Shown here one piece after another: positions 32,089 through 44,995 of a DNA stretch of 64,000 nt. A model generated the notes under the pieces. It had not been told where the DNA came from, searched no databases, and saw nothing but the letters and a program-made list of their open reading frames with translations. The stretch lies in assembly GCF_009914755.1 (NCBI RefSeq), contig NC_060937.1, one strand, 5' to 3'. The position numbers and the translations under genes were made by a program. Source of the DNA: the human T2T-CHM13v2.0 reference genome, Homo sapiens. The stretch's first letter is position 1; every line of letters begins with the position of its first letter.

Positions 32089-32504
32089 AAACGCGGCCCA
32101 GTGAACTAGGGACGTCCAGGGCCAGCGCTGACCACTGGTGGTGCCCGAGCTCCCAGGGCTCTGATGCCCGGCTGCTCCAGTCCGCAGAGAAAACTAACCG
32201 GACACTCCACTGCTACTTTCTTCCCGATGCTCATGAGTCTCACCTTTGGTGAGGGCTGTCACCCTTTAGCCACAGTTCTGTGAGAGAACCACCTCCTTTT
32301 CCCCCATAGGAGGAAGGACAGCGGCAGAGGAGGCCAGGGGAGTGGCTCACGCAGTGACAAGTGACTGCAAGGCCACCCCCACCACACTTCCCACAGGTGG
32401 CACCACATGTGCACTTCTGCTCAAAACTGAAGCGGGGTGACAGCACACTGCTTGGCATGGGGACAGAGACAAAGGAGGCAGGCACCGGGGACAGGGTGTC
32501 AGCA

Positions 32505-32995
32505 TGTATGTGCATATATATATATGTGTATGTGTGTGTGTATATATATACACACACACACACATATATACACACCCTGTATATATATATATACACACCC
32601 TGTATATATATATATACACACCCTGTATATATATATATACACACCCTGTATATATATATATACACACCCTGTATATATATATATACACACCCTGTATATA
32701 TATATATACACACCCTGTATATATATATATACACACCCTGTATATATATATATACACACCCTGTATATATATATATACACACCCTGTATATATATATATA
32801 TATATATATACACACCCTGTATATATATATATATATATATATACACACCCTGTATATATATATATATATACACACACACCCTGTATATATATATACACAC
32901 ACACACATATATATACACACACACATACATATACATACACACACAGACATACATACATATACACATACATACATACATATGTATGTGTATATATA
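32505..32995. repeat. TA/CA microsatellite with an embedded 23-bp minisatellite CACACCCTG(TA)7
   Basis: 13 CACACCCTG cores from 32571 to 32883: nine perfect 23-mers (32571-32777), then longer variants. Confidence 0.97.
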
Positions 32996-34624
32996 TTTTT
33001 AGATAAAATCCAGATCGATGATGCTGGCACCATCACGTACTCCAAATGTCAAAGCCACACGTTATGAGGTTGGTGAGATAGGCCACCCACCCTCACATAC
33101 TCATTCATCTTCAGCATGTTGCCACTTACTATATTTTGTGTGCACCCGGATAAGTGGATTTAAGGATTTCATTATTCAGTGTTAACTAAATTAATTTGGA
33201 AAAAATGTATATGTAGCTTTAAAAATATGGTTGCAAAGAATCTGTAGGTTGGCAACATTAGTAACGGGAGCACAAGTGAACTCAAAGGAAACAGCAGAGC
33301 TCTCGCATCTCTTACTCCTAGGAAGGCCCCTTTATCAGCCAGTCCGCAGGAGAAGCAATGATGAGCTCAGCAGATCTGACAGTCTTAGGCCAACCAGAAT
33401 TTTTTTTAGAAAAGCAAACAAATCTGTCATTTCAAGCAAAAGATGTTGCCACAATAAGTGAGAATGTAATTGTTCCTTTTTTGCCCCCTGGGAGTGGTGG
33501 TGAAATAAAAGAAAGAAAATGGGAAATCCTATCTATAAGACCAAGTAAAAATAATCATGCATCGGGCATAGCTCTTACCATGAAGTGGCAGCAGACACAT
33601 CAGAACCGTGGCAGATCACAGACTCTTTCCAAGTGGCAGGGATTGTCCAGGGAGCGGCTGAGTCAGCAGCAGGGCCTGTCCCACCTGGGCACTATTTCCT
33701 TCTTTCCTTTACTGCCACCTCATGTCAGATGGTGACAAGAGGATCATGACAAACAAGAGTCAAAGGTCAGATCAGAAGTCAGAGTCAAAGGCAGGGTCAG
33801 AGTGCAGATTTCTGACTCCCTGACCAGTGCTCACAAAGGAATCAAGCCCGCATCTAGTGTGGGCCCTGGCGTGGCCTTGGTGTTAAACACAGGAGAGAGC
33901 ATAGCATGGTGGGCTCTAAACCCAGAAATCAGACTCCCCCGACAACTTCCAGCTCTGAGACCCAACCTCTCTGTGCCTGTCCTCTCTGACTGTAGAACTG
34001 GGAAAGTTAATGAAACTTGCTTTGGAAGCTTGTCGTGAGAAATGAATGGATAAACACATGTGAACGATGCTTGGTGCATACTCAACTTTTAACAAATGTT
34101 AGCTGTTGTAATCTTATTTTACCACTGAAGCTGAAGAAACTTTTTTCAGGTTGAGATACTGCATTCCTGGAGTCCTTCAGATCTTTTACCAAATTCCAAT
34201 ATCAAGTTCTCAACTTCCACAGTCTCTGAATCCTGAAGTACACTTGAGAATTTCTGCCAAGATATGCACCTTCAGAGCCAAGAGCAGCAATTAAGAGACC
34301 AGTGAAGTTCTCCTGTTTAGACACTACAACGGAAAATTTGAAAGCAAATATCTCAGACAACAAGGATGGCTGAAATACAGTACAAACCAAGAATGCTAAT
34401 CATTTTCAAAGTCAAAAAGTAAATTGGGACACCGATTTAGCACAGCTTGCAACCTTGCAAAATTCCTGCTCCACAGAACTGTAACTGCTGGCCTCTCCAA
34501 AGGTCGGGCAGAATGCACTTTATTTACATTTCATCCAAGCTTGCTACTTTACAATGTGGACTTCCCAAAGGGCAGGGCTGTCTTACTTATTTCTGTGTTT
34601 GTTGAATGAATGTTGAACATGGCA

Positions 34625-34666
34625 GTCTACAGCCATACCACCCTGAACGTGCTCAATCTTGTCTGA
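34625..34666 (+). pseudogene. Truncated 5S rRNA retropseudogene (nt 1-42)
   Basis: GTCTACAGCCATACCACCCTGAACGTGCTCAATCTTGTCTGA matches the 5' end of human 5S rRNA at 37/42 positions (5S recalled from memory); 4 of the 5 changes are CpG transitions. Flanked by 16-bp direct repeats. Confidence 0.9.
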
Positions 34667-36062
34667 ACGTTGAACGTGGCAGAGTGCTCCTCATGGGGAA
34701 AGAAAATTCGAGAAGAGGTGGGACGCAATTATTTCCTTGTTTTCAGGATGGGCAGTGTGATCAGGATACTAATGTGAAATGTAATGATGCCGAGTCCTTT
34801 TGCAGTGGGCAGGGAAGGGTCACTAGGGGTGCCGGTGACTGGTGTGTATTTTTCCACTTGCCAGTTATGTGCAAATGAGTAAGTCATGAAATCTCAGTGT
34901 TTTTCATTTATCCAATGGGAGCAATCTATTTGAAACATACCTCACAAGTCTATTATGAGGATCAAATGAAATGTTTGTAAAGAACGCACAAAAGTGCAGA
35001 AGTGAAATGGTGTAGTGAGTGCACGGGTGTTAGACACACGCATGGTGTTGTTAGTCATCTGCCACCCGCACTTCTTGAACATGTAAAGATAAAAGAATCA
35101 AATCTGCCTAGAAATTATGCCAACATAGGTAAAGGAAAATAAATGACATATTTCTTATACAGGCTCACTCTATCCATTTCAAACCGCAGGGGCCTGGCTA
35201 ACAACAGCTTTTTTTTCTCATTTCCAAACTTTTGCACTCATTTGTTTCTGCTGTTCTATTTCCATTATGAAAACCTTCAAACATTCCCTTACTCCCGTTT
35301 TCTATTCTTTGTTTCCTGGATGGTTTGAAAGCAGACCTCAGACATCATGTCGTTTCATCCACAGGTACTTGCACATTTTGCCAAACTTTTTGTAAGAGCA
35401 GCCGAGAACAACTCTGTGGCCTCGGTGTCCAGTCCTTAGCCCTTTGCCATTGGACTTCCCAGCTCTACCCTACCATGGAACCTATTCTCTGAAAAGTCAC
35501 CAAGGATGTAAACCCAGAGACTATTTCTCAATCCTCACCCTCCCAATTTCTCTGCAGCTTCAGACACTGCTGAGTCAAAGCCAGCAGGCATTGCATGAAC
35601 ACCACGTGCAGGTGCTGTCAGGTGTGTGGGTGGCTGAACACCCAGGCCCTGGAGGAGCTCTCAGGTGCTGAGGGGCACAGACAGGACAAGTGGCAGCCAG
35701 CATGTGCCTCTAGGGAAGTGCAAGAACAGCGAGTGGCAGGGGGGCTGCAGGTGCCAGGCAGCCTTGATGCCGCTGGCATTGGGCTGGGCTTAGAAGGATA
35801 AGCAGGGCTTGATGGCTGGGGTCAGGTTAGAGAATCAGCAGGACAAGGCATTCCTGGAAAAGCGGCACAGTGTGAGCAGGAGCTGGCTCTTCGGAAAGCT
35901 CAGGGTGATGCCTGGGGAATGTGCATCACTTGTGTGATTAAGGCGCGGGAGAGAACTTGCTGACTGTGTCATATTTACGAAAACACACACCATGTTGAGA
36001 GTAAACAAAAGTTTGAGTTCAGAGGAACCTCTAAGAGTAGATTTTTTCCCCCTGCAGTCTAA

Positions 36063-36378
<316 letters not shown>

Positions 36379-36889
36379 AGAGGGGAGCTGTTTTAATAAT
36401 TCATTTGTAGTGTAATTCTTGGTCATTTCCAGGGATGAGTAATTCTAGCCAAAATCTGTCTATAATATCTACAACTACCACATATTTAGCACAATGTGTC
36501 AGCCACGTTACATGCATGATTTCTAGAACTTACAGCAATCAAGCAAGGTAGGTATTAACCTCAGGCTGCCTGGCTCTACCCACTGTGCCACAGCACTGGC
36601 CTCCCTCTCGATCTGGATCATGTGTGCACCAACATACTTAGTGTTTCTCTGTTACAGGACAGAGGAAAAAAGGAGTGGAAGTCAGCCAGCAGGCTGTGCC
36701 CCCAGAGCCCATCACAATGGCACGGCCTTCCTAGAATGATCACTATTGAGACAAAAATATCCCATAGTCATGAAGCCTTTCACACATGCACACACGTCAA
36801 AACCTAACATGCCACCGAGAACCTGGATTCAGCCTCTGTTATGTCTCCTCAGGCCTTCCCCGCACACCTCTCTCACTTGGTTCATTTCC

Positions 36890-37560
36890 ATCCTGTGTTC
36901 TCCATTTACCTGGCTTTGTTTCCCCATTGCATTTATCAGTTTAAGGGTGAATTCAACAAGAACTCCCTTCTTTAGATTGCCTGAAAGCTGACCAAGAACG
37001 GTTAAGTTAGAGACATCTATTCCCCAGACTCTAAAAGATGAGAAGCAACAACGACTTGTCCAATGTCAAGGTTGTAAGGGTGGCGGCAGCTATTACAAAT
37101 AAGGTTTTTTTGAGACGGGACGAGGTGATTCCAACTGTAATCTTAGCACTTTGGGAGGCTGAAGTGGGGGGATCACTTGTGCCCAGGAGTTCAAGACCAG
37201 CCAAGGCAACAGAGGGAGACCCCCATCTCTGCAAAAAATAAAAAAATTGCCAGGCATGGTGGTATGCATCTGTAGTCCCAGCTACTTGGGAGGCTGAGGC
37301 GGGAGAATCATTGAGGCCAAGAGGTGGAGGCTGCAATGAGCAGTGACTGAGCCACAGCACTCCAGCCTGGTGGGCAACAGAGTGAGACCCTGAAGTCATG
37401 TTATTTCTTGATTATGTCCCTGTGTATCTCTGTGTAAGCACAGAGATAGCAACTACTCCGTCCTAAAAACGGATGAATTCTGAGCCTCTAGAGCAGTGCC
37501 TGGCACATAGTAGATGCTAAGAGAACATTGGCCAAGTACAATGAAAAGATGAATCAGTAA
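36890..37560 (+). mobile_element. Degenerate L2 3' end, split by the left arm of the inverted duplication
   Basis: L2-like TTTGTTTCCCCATTGCATTTATCA before 36936; after 37392, ...TGTAAGC...CTAGAGCAGTGCCTGGCACATAGTAGATGCT (L2 3' hallmark). Confidence 0.6.
36936..37392 (+). repeat. Left arm of a local inverted duplication (~175 bp unique DNA plus tail-less AluJ)
   Basis: Reverse complement of 38354-38807; aligned by hand. Confidence 0.95.
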
Positions 37561-38353
37561 GTGTTTTGTGTCTTGGGCCTGCCTAATATTCATTTAAATA
37601 TGAAAAGTAACAAATGAAGAGACATCCCACCTGCCTGGCCTCCTTGTTTCTACACTCTAGCTAGGAAGAGGGACAGGGACAAATTATTACTAAAAAGGAA
37701 TCACTTACAATTAGACATGCCCAACGGAGGCGATGCCTGGAATGCAGCAGGGAGGTCCCTGTCACGGGAAGCCTTCAAGCAGGAGCTAGATGACCATATC
37801 ACAGCGGGGACCTGTATACCAGAAAAATGGACAAGAGCTTCCCTTTCTAAGGTTCCATGACTTGGGATCAGCAGGGGGAAAAAGTAGCTCTAGACTGGGG
37901 ACCTGGATGACACAAGGACATCATATCCTTTGGAATGACTTACATATGACAGGTGACAAGGACTGCCTTTCCTCAAACATTTACTAAGTATCCACAGAGG
38001 GAGTTTTGTTGCTGTGAGCACCCCCCATCCTCCACAGGTGCCCATCTATCTCAGCACAGGCCAGGACTCCAGGAGCAGGAGTTTAGCCCACAGCCGCCAA
38101 GAGACCAGGCAAGGATCCCAGACTCCAACTCTTTAGGACTGAGCCACGCAGGAAGGAACAGGCACAGAGGGGTGAATCTACAAAGGGCTCTGGGGTATTG
38201 CTTCCCTGGTGGGAGAGGCTAGCAGTCAGGAGAATGGGACTAAACACATCCCATGAACTAAGACATTCTCAGGTCATTTCTAGAGGAGGTGAGTGAAAGG
38301 AGACCTTTCAATTAAACCTAGGTAAAGTAAAGAAAAACTTCATTTTTTTGAGA

Positions 38354-38807
38354 CAGGGTCTCACTTTGTTGCCCAGGCGGGAGTGCTGTGGCTCAGTCAC
38401 TGCTCATTGCAGCCTCCACCTCTTGGGATCAATGATCCTCCCGCCTCAGCCTCCCGAGTAGCTGGGACTACAGGTGCACACCATCACGCCTGGCAAATTT
38501 TTTATTTTTTGCAGAGATGGGGTCTCCCTCTGTTGCCTCGGCTGGTCTTGGACTCTTGAGCACAAGTGATCCCCCCACTTCAGCCTCCCAAAGTGCTAAG
38601 ATTACAGTTGGAGTCACCTCGTCCCATCTCAAAAAAAACCTTATTTTTAATAGCTGCCGCCACCCTTACAACCTTGACATTGGACAAGTCGTTGTTGCTT
38701 CTCATCTTTTAGAGTCTGGGGAATAGATGTCTCTAACTTAACCGTTCTTGGTCAGCTTTCAGGCAATCTAAAGAAGGGAGTTCTTGTTGAATTCACCCTT
38801 AAACTGA
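38354..38807 (-). repeat. Right arm of the local inverted duplication (AluJ plus unique flank)
   Basis: Reverse complement of 36936-37392. This Alu keeps its short A-tail at 38343-38349. Confidence 0.95.
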
Positions 38808-39014
38808 AAACTTTTGAAGAAATAAAGCAAATGCTGATCCAAGTTTTTGAAATAGCCCATCTTGAAAGTGTTATTTGCAGGTGAGTGAGTGAATAGAGCT
38901 CAAATGGAAATCTCTAAGTGCTTCTCACTCAGCCATGGAGCGAAGCCACCTTCTCCTGATGGGAGGCATGCTCTCTGCCACCTGCGGGGATGGTGTGAGT
39001 CCTCCAAGTGCTAG

Positions 39015-39319
<305 letters not shown>

Positions 39320-40839
39320 CTAGTCTTTTATTCTTGTAGGTGATTAAAGTTTTAGCATTTCTCACTTAGGCACTTTATAGCTATTAGGCACTGTGCTTAC
39401 ATGTACAACTTCACTTCTAAAGAGCTTCTGTGTTGCCATAGAAATTAATTAGTAGTATATTTACACCATAAAATGGCAAAAGAGCTTTCTAACAAGGACC
39501 TTAGGGAGCTGAAATCTTTCCCTCAGCAAGAAGACAAGACAGACTTAAGAGAAAAACCTCAACTCATGAATTCCTAGCCTGTTACCAGGGCAGCAGTTTA
39601 CCATGTTGGTGTGTCATCTATATGGTTTTGTTGATCACCCAAGGTGGACAAATGAAAGAAAATCTGCATTGTAAAAGATGAAATTAGGTGCTGTGAGGAA
39701 GTGACCCAGAGCCTCTCACTATGTGTTGTGCACAGCAGGTGCTGGATAAACTGTTTAAACAATTCCATGGAAAAGCAACACAGCCATCACTCGAATGAGC
39801 CTGGGTATTTTATAGTGCTTAAGGAAACTTGGAAACAGTATACTTTAGCATGCACTCGAAACATCTCACTTTCCATTTTTCAATGTTGATTAAAGATACT
39901 TATTGCTTATATAAAGTGCCAAGTTAACCTCACCTCTCTTTAAGCTTTCAAATTCCAAATTAGTTAAGTCTGAATTAACAGGGCATTAATGTACTGTAAC
40001 ATGGGTGTCAGGCATGATGAAATGGGTGAAGTGCCCACAGAAGCTGAAATTCAGGTTAACTTCAGATTTAATTTTAACCATCCATGTATCTGATTACAGC
40101 TTCAAACATGTGAGGAATCATAAAGCAGCAGCCCACTTTCATTTATAAAAGAATGGGTATCAAGTTCTGAAGGTACAGCAACAGAATGAACAGACCTCAG
40201 GGTCTTCTAGTGAGAAAAGAGCCACAGCTAGGACAGAGAGGGAGGATTCAGCTGTTTGAGAACTGGTCACTGTGCACAGTATCTTGAGAAAACGAAACCC
40301 TCTAAATCTGCCTTCCAAAATTTCCTATGAAAACATGTCTCTGGATTTACAATGCAAGTTGCATTTGCTCTAGAAAAGTTGGTGATAGTGACCTTTGCTG
40401 AACTGCCCTTCCCCCAACCCCTCCCATAAAAAGGCAAATTGCTTCAGTGATTTCCAGACTGCTTGGAAACGGGTAATATAATGGTGAAAATGTTGTTGCG
40501 TCCCAAGCTTTTATAAAGTCTTTCCTTATATCTGGATTGCAACTTCAACTTTCAGATAGTATGGGTCAGTGTGCTGCCATTAATCCCACTCTGGCCTTCT
40601 GTTGCCCACATGTCCTTTGTGGGATGTTACTGGAATGTTAGGAACTATCATAAACTGTGCTTGCATCAGCCTTTCAGTATTTTACATAGCTCAGAAATGA
40701 AATCTAACCAAACCCCAACAGTATATAACAATTACAATAACACTAACTGGACAGGAGAATGAGGAGGAGCCACAACACTTGCCACTAAGTCAGACCTCAG
40801 GGTGGTTGGAGTCACGTGGTCTCAGGTCCTTGTATTGTG

Positions 40840-42140
40840 CAGAGGGGACAGAGCTATTGTTCACGTTGAAACTTTATGTTAAATATGCACGAAGAAAAAT
40901 TCAAGGGTAACTGCAAAGTGAACAGAAACAGAGCTACAATTCGGTAGAAGAAAACATGAAGCACAGAGAGGCAGAGGAAATTAATATAGGGTGGAAAGAA
41001 AACATATAATAATCATCACAACATACATGGACAACCCTTGGCAAAATAACAAATTCCAAAAGTAACAGAAAAGAATCTGCTTATATGCTATTCATACACT
41101 TGTTCACATTATAATGATGAACTTTGGTTTATCACATCATTACAGCTGAAATGAGGTCACAAATTGGGAGAAGATATTTATACCTCACATCATCCACGAA
41201 GTATTAACATCCAGAATAAAGAATGTCTACACATGAAAAAGAGAAACACAAATAGCCCTTTAGAAAATTGTCCAACAGGTTAGTCACCAAAGAAGGGACC
41301 TGAAAGACAAGTAAATATGTGAGAAGTTCCTCGACTTCACCAGTAAATGGGGAGATGGGAATTGAAGTCACAGTGGGATGCCCTTTTCACCCTCTTCGGT
41401 TTGAGAACACCAAATGTTGGCAAGAATGTGGATCAACAAAACTTACCCAATTACTAGTGGAAATGTAACATTAGTGCAACCACTTGGGAAATTAATTACC
41501 TCGTAAAGATGCACCTACTCTAAATGCAGGAATGCAACTCCTAGAGCAGTGGTTTTCAACTATGGCTGCATGTAACCCCCCTGAGGAACACACAAAACCA
41601 AACAAAATTGATGTCCAAGCCCTAGCCCAGACCAACTAAAACAGCAAAGCTCCCCAAAAGATTCTTGTGTGCAGCCAGGATTAAATGAGAATCACTGCCC
41701 TGCAGAAACTCTCCACATGCACATGAATACTTGTTTATGGGTGCTCCCACCAGCACTGTTAATGATGAGAAGAAAAAAATAACCTAAATGTCAAGTAACT
41801 AAAATATGGATAGAAAATTGTCATAATCATTGACTAGCAAGAAAAATTTGAGCTACATAAACATGCATGAATCTTGCAGCAAAAGTAGTTGCAGAACACC
41901 ACATATGCACATCATTTACATATTTAAAACCATACACACAATATTATATTTGAATGATGTATAAATACGTAGTATAACTATGAAGAAACAATGGGAAGGC
42001 CAGAGGGTAGACACAAATGGGGAAGGAAGTCAAATGGCAGCGGCCCTGCTTATATTTAAGCTGGGTGGTGGGTACACAAGTGTTCACTGTATTATTTCTG
42101 ACTTTTGTGTCAGAAAAATTATTATGAATTAAAAATAGCT
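40840..42140 (+). mobile_element. Very old L1ME-like fragments with a nested MER5-like hAT element (~41547-41700)
   Basis: Degenerate L1 3' motifs; CTAGAGCAGTGGTTTTCAAC...GAGAATCACTGCCCTGCAG terminal inverted repeats. Confidence 0.6.
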
Positions 42141-42211
42141 AAAGAATGCAAAATGGAGACAACTCTTTTGGGAAACTTTACTATGAATAGCAGAGTCAAG
42201 AGAGGGTTATT

Positions 42212-42690
42212 TAGAGACAAGGTCTTGCTCTGTTGTCCAGGCTGGAGTGCAGTGGCGCAATTGCGGCTCACTACAGCCTTGACTTCCCAGGTTCAAGCGA
42301 GCCTCTCACCTTAGCCTCCCAAAGTGCTGGGATTACAGGCATGAGTCACTCTGCCTGGCTGAGTTTGTTTAAAATATGAAATATGCCCCTGATATTTTTT
42401 CTTTTTTTGAGATGGAGTTTTCACCCTGTCACCCAGGATGGAGTGCAGTAGTGCAATCTCCGTTCACCGCAACTTCCACCTCTCAGGTTCATGCAAGTCT
42501 CGTGCCTCAGCCTCCTGAGTAGCTGGGCTTACAGGCACCCGCCAGCACACTCAGTTAATCTTTGTATTTTTAGTAGAGACGAGGTTTCACCATGTTGGAC
42601 GGGCTGGTCTCAAATTCCTGACCTCAAGTCATCCGCCTGCCTCGGCCTCCCAAAGTGGCTGGGATTATAGGCATGAACCACCGCACCTGG
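42212..42690 (-). mobile_element. Alu monomer (42212-42360) and AluS-like dimer (42395-42690)
   Basis: Antisense Alu sequences; TSD TGCCCCTGATA around the dimer. Confidence 0.9.
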
Positions 42691-43487
42691 ACTACTGCCC
42701 CTGATACTCTTAACCAAGGATTTCTACCTGCCTTCTACCCACAAGGTGCTCCCTAAGCAGCACTAGAGGCCTCAATTTTCCTGACCAGCTCAAAGATAAA
42801 CGGACAGAATAACTCCCACTGCTCAAGCATGGGCTGCACACACTATTGTAGAGAAACCGGATAAGTAGTTGAGGCCAACTTCAGCAGCCATAAAGCACAC
42901 AGACAGCAGGTATCCTTGATATGAGGACAACAACATTTTACCTTGGGGATATCGCTCCAAAAACCCATTTGCCAGTCATAATAAGAAAAAACAGCAAATT
43001 CCAATAGAAAGCAACTTGCAATATACCTGACCAGCATCAGCATTCTCAGCACCCTCAAGAGCAAGGAGTCTGAGAAAATGGCACAGCCAAGAGGAGAATA
43101 AGAAAACATGACGACTAAACGTACTGTAGACTCCCTGAACAGAAAAAGAAATTAAGCCTCGATTCTATCTTGGCAATATCTTGAGCTCTTCAGAAGTGAC
43201 AGAATCTCTGATATTTATTGTCTAGTTTTAAAACACTGCCACAGATGGGGTAATCAAGCATCTACCTGGCAAAGTTTTCTTCTTCCTAGCATATAGCTAT
43301 GACCATAAATGTGTAACTTACTGAAATCTTTAAAAGGAGCCAGAAAAAGCTTGCCCAGAGAGATTGGTAAAGATTTCCTAAAAGAGTGGTGTCACTTGAG
43401 CTAAGTCAGCCCCTGCAGACGCAGAGAGCAGGGGATGTATGCGGGCTGGGGTGGTTTATATAGGAAGCAAGAAAGGATGGGAAATAA

Positions 43488-43881
<394 letters not shown>

Positions 43882-44517
43882 AAATGAAGATTTTTAAACA
43901 GGGCAAGGATATGATTAGAGTTGGGGTTCAGAAGTTACTCTCAAGGCTTAAGAGTTTGGATTGAAAGATGAAGAGATAGGAAGTAGGCAAATGCTTGGGA
44001 AAGCACAGATTTCAGTTTTGGAGGTGCTGAGATCTGGGTGTCTGTCTCAGGCTGTGGACTGTGGGAGCTGTAGACTTAGGTGTCAGTGGTGCTCAAAGTT
44101 GCAAGGTTAAAGATGGTACTTAAAACTCTAACTAGGTAGCAAGAGATCGAGGCCAGAAGAAATGCATACACAAAGGCCTACGGAGATTCACCATTAGGAA
44201 GGAAAGTGGGGAGTGGAGTTGAGAGTGAGACACATGGAGCGTCACTTAAGCCCTCACTCCAGATATGGGAACAACGTGAACCAGCAGAGAAGAAAAAGCT
44301 TTACAGTTGGAGGAAATACTGTAAGTGTGTGCTCTGAGGAGGCTGCTGGAGCAAGGGAGGGTAAATGGCACCATGGAGCCATCTGGACAATCCAATTAGG
44401 AGTCTGACCACAGAGGCCTTGGTTTGAACTTAACTTACCAGAAAACTAGGAGACAACTTTCTTTCTTTCAGTTACAAATTTTTTTTTTCCTAGTAACCAT
44501 ATTAGAAAAGAAAAAGA

Positions 44518-44929
<412 letters not shown>

Positions 44930-44989
44930 CTAAGTCAACAGCTGCTGTTCAAGAAAAGAGACAACGTCACTATTACAGAAAGGATGACT

Positions 44990-44995
44990 TTTATT
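44990..44995 (-). terminator. Polyadenylation signal AATAAA of LNX2
   Basis: Plus-strand TTTATT. On the minus strand GTTGTCTCTTTTCTTG follows about 25-40 nt downstream. Confidence 0.75.

Noticed and set aside
32571-32890. Regular short repeats superficially like a CRISPR array
   Set aside because: The intervening sequences are (TA)n rather than unique spacers, there are no cas genes, and the context is eukaryotic.
32240-33067. Six long overlapping ORFs (159-244 aa) on both strands
   Set aside because: They are stop-free only because of the TA/CA tandem repeat; the products are YI/HT/CV low-complexity strings.
34625-34666. Functional link between the 5S fragment and the nearby TFIIIA gene GTF3A (same band, from memory)
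   Set aside because: The fragment lacks the TFIIIA-binding internal control region, and 5S fragments are common in the genome, so this is likely coincidence.
38972-38990. Minus-strand CTCF-like CCCGCAGGTGGCAG near the inverted repeat
   Set aside because: Imperfect 5' half, and also explainable as an E-box; too weak without data.
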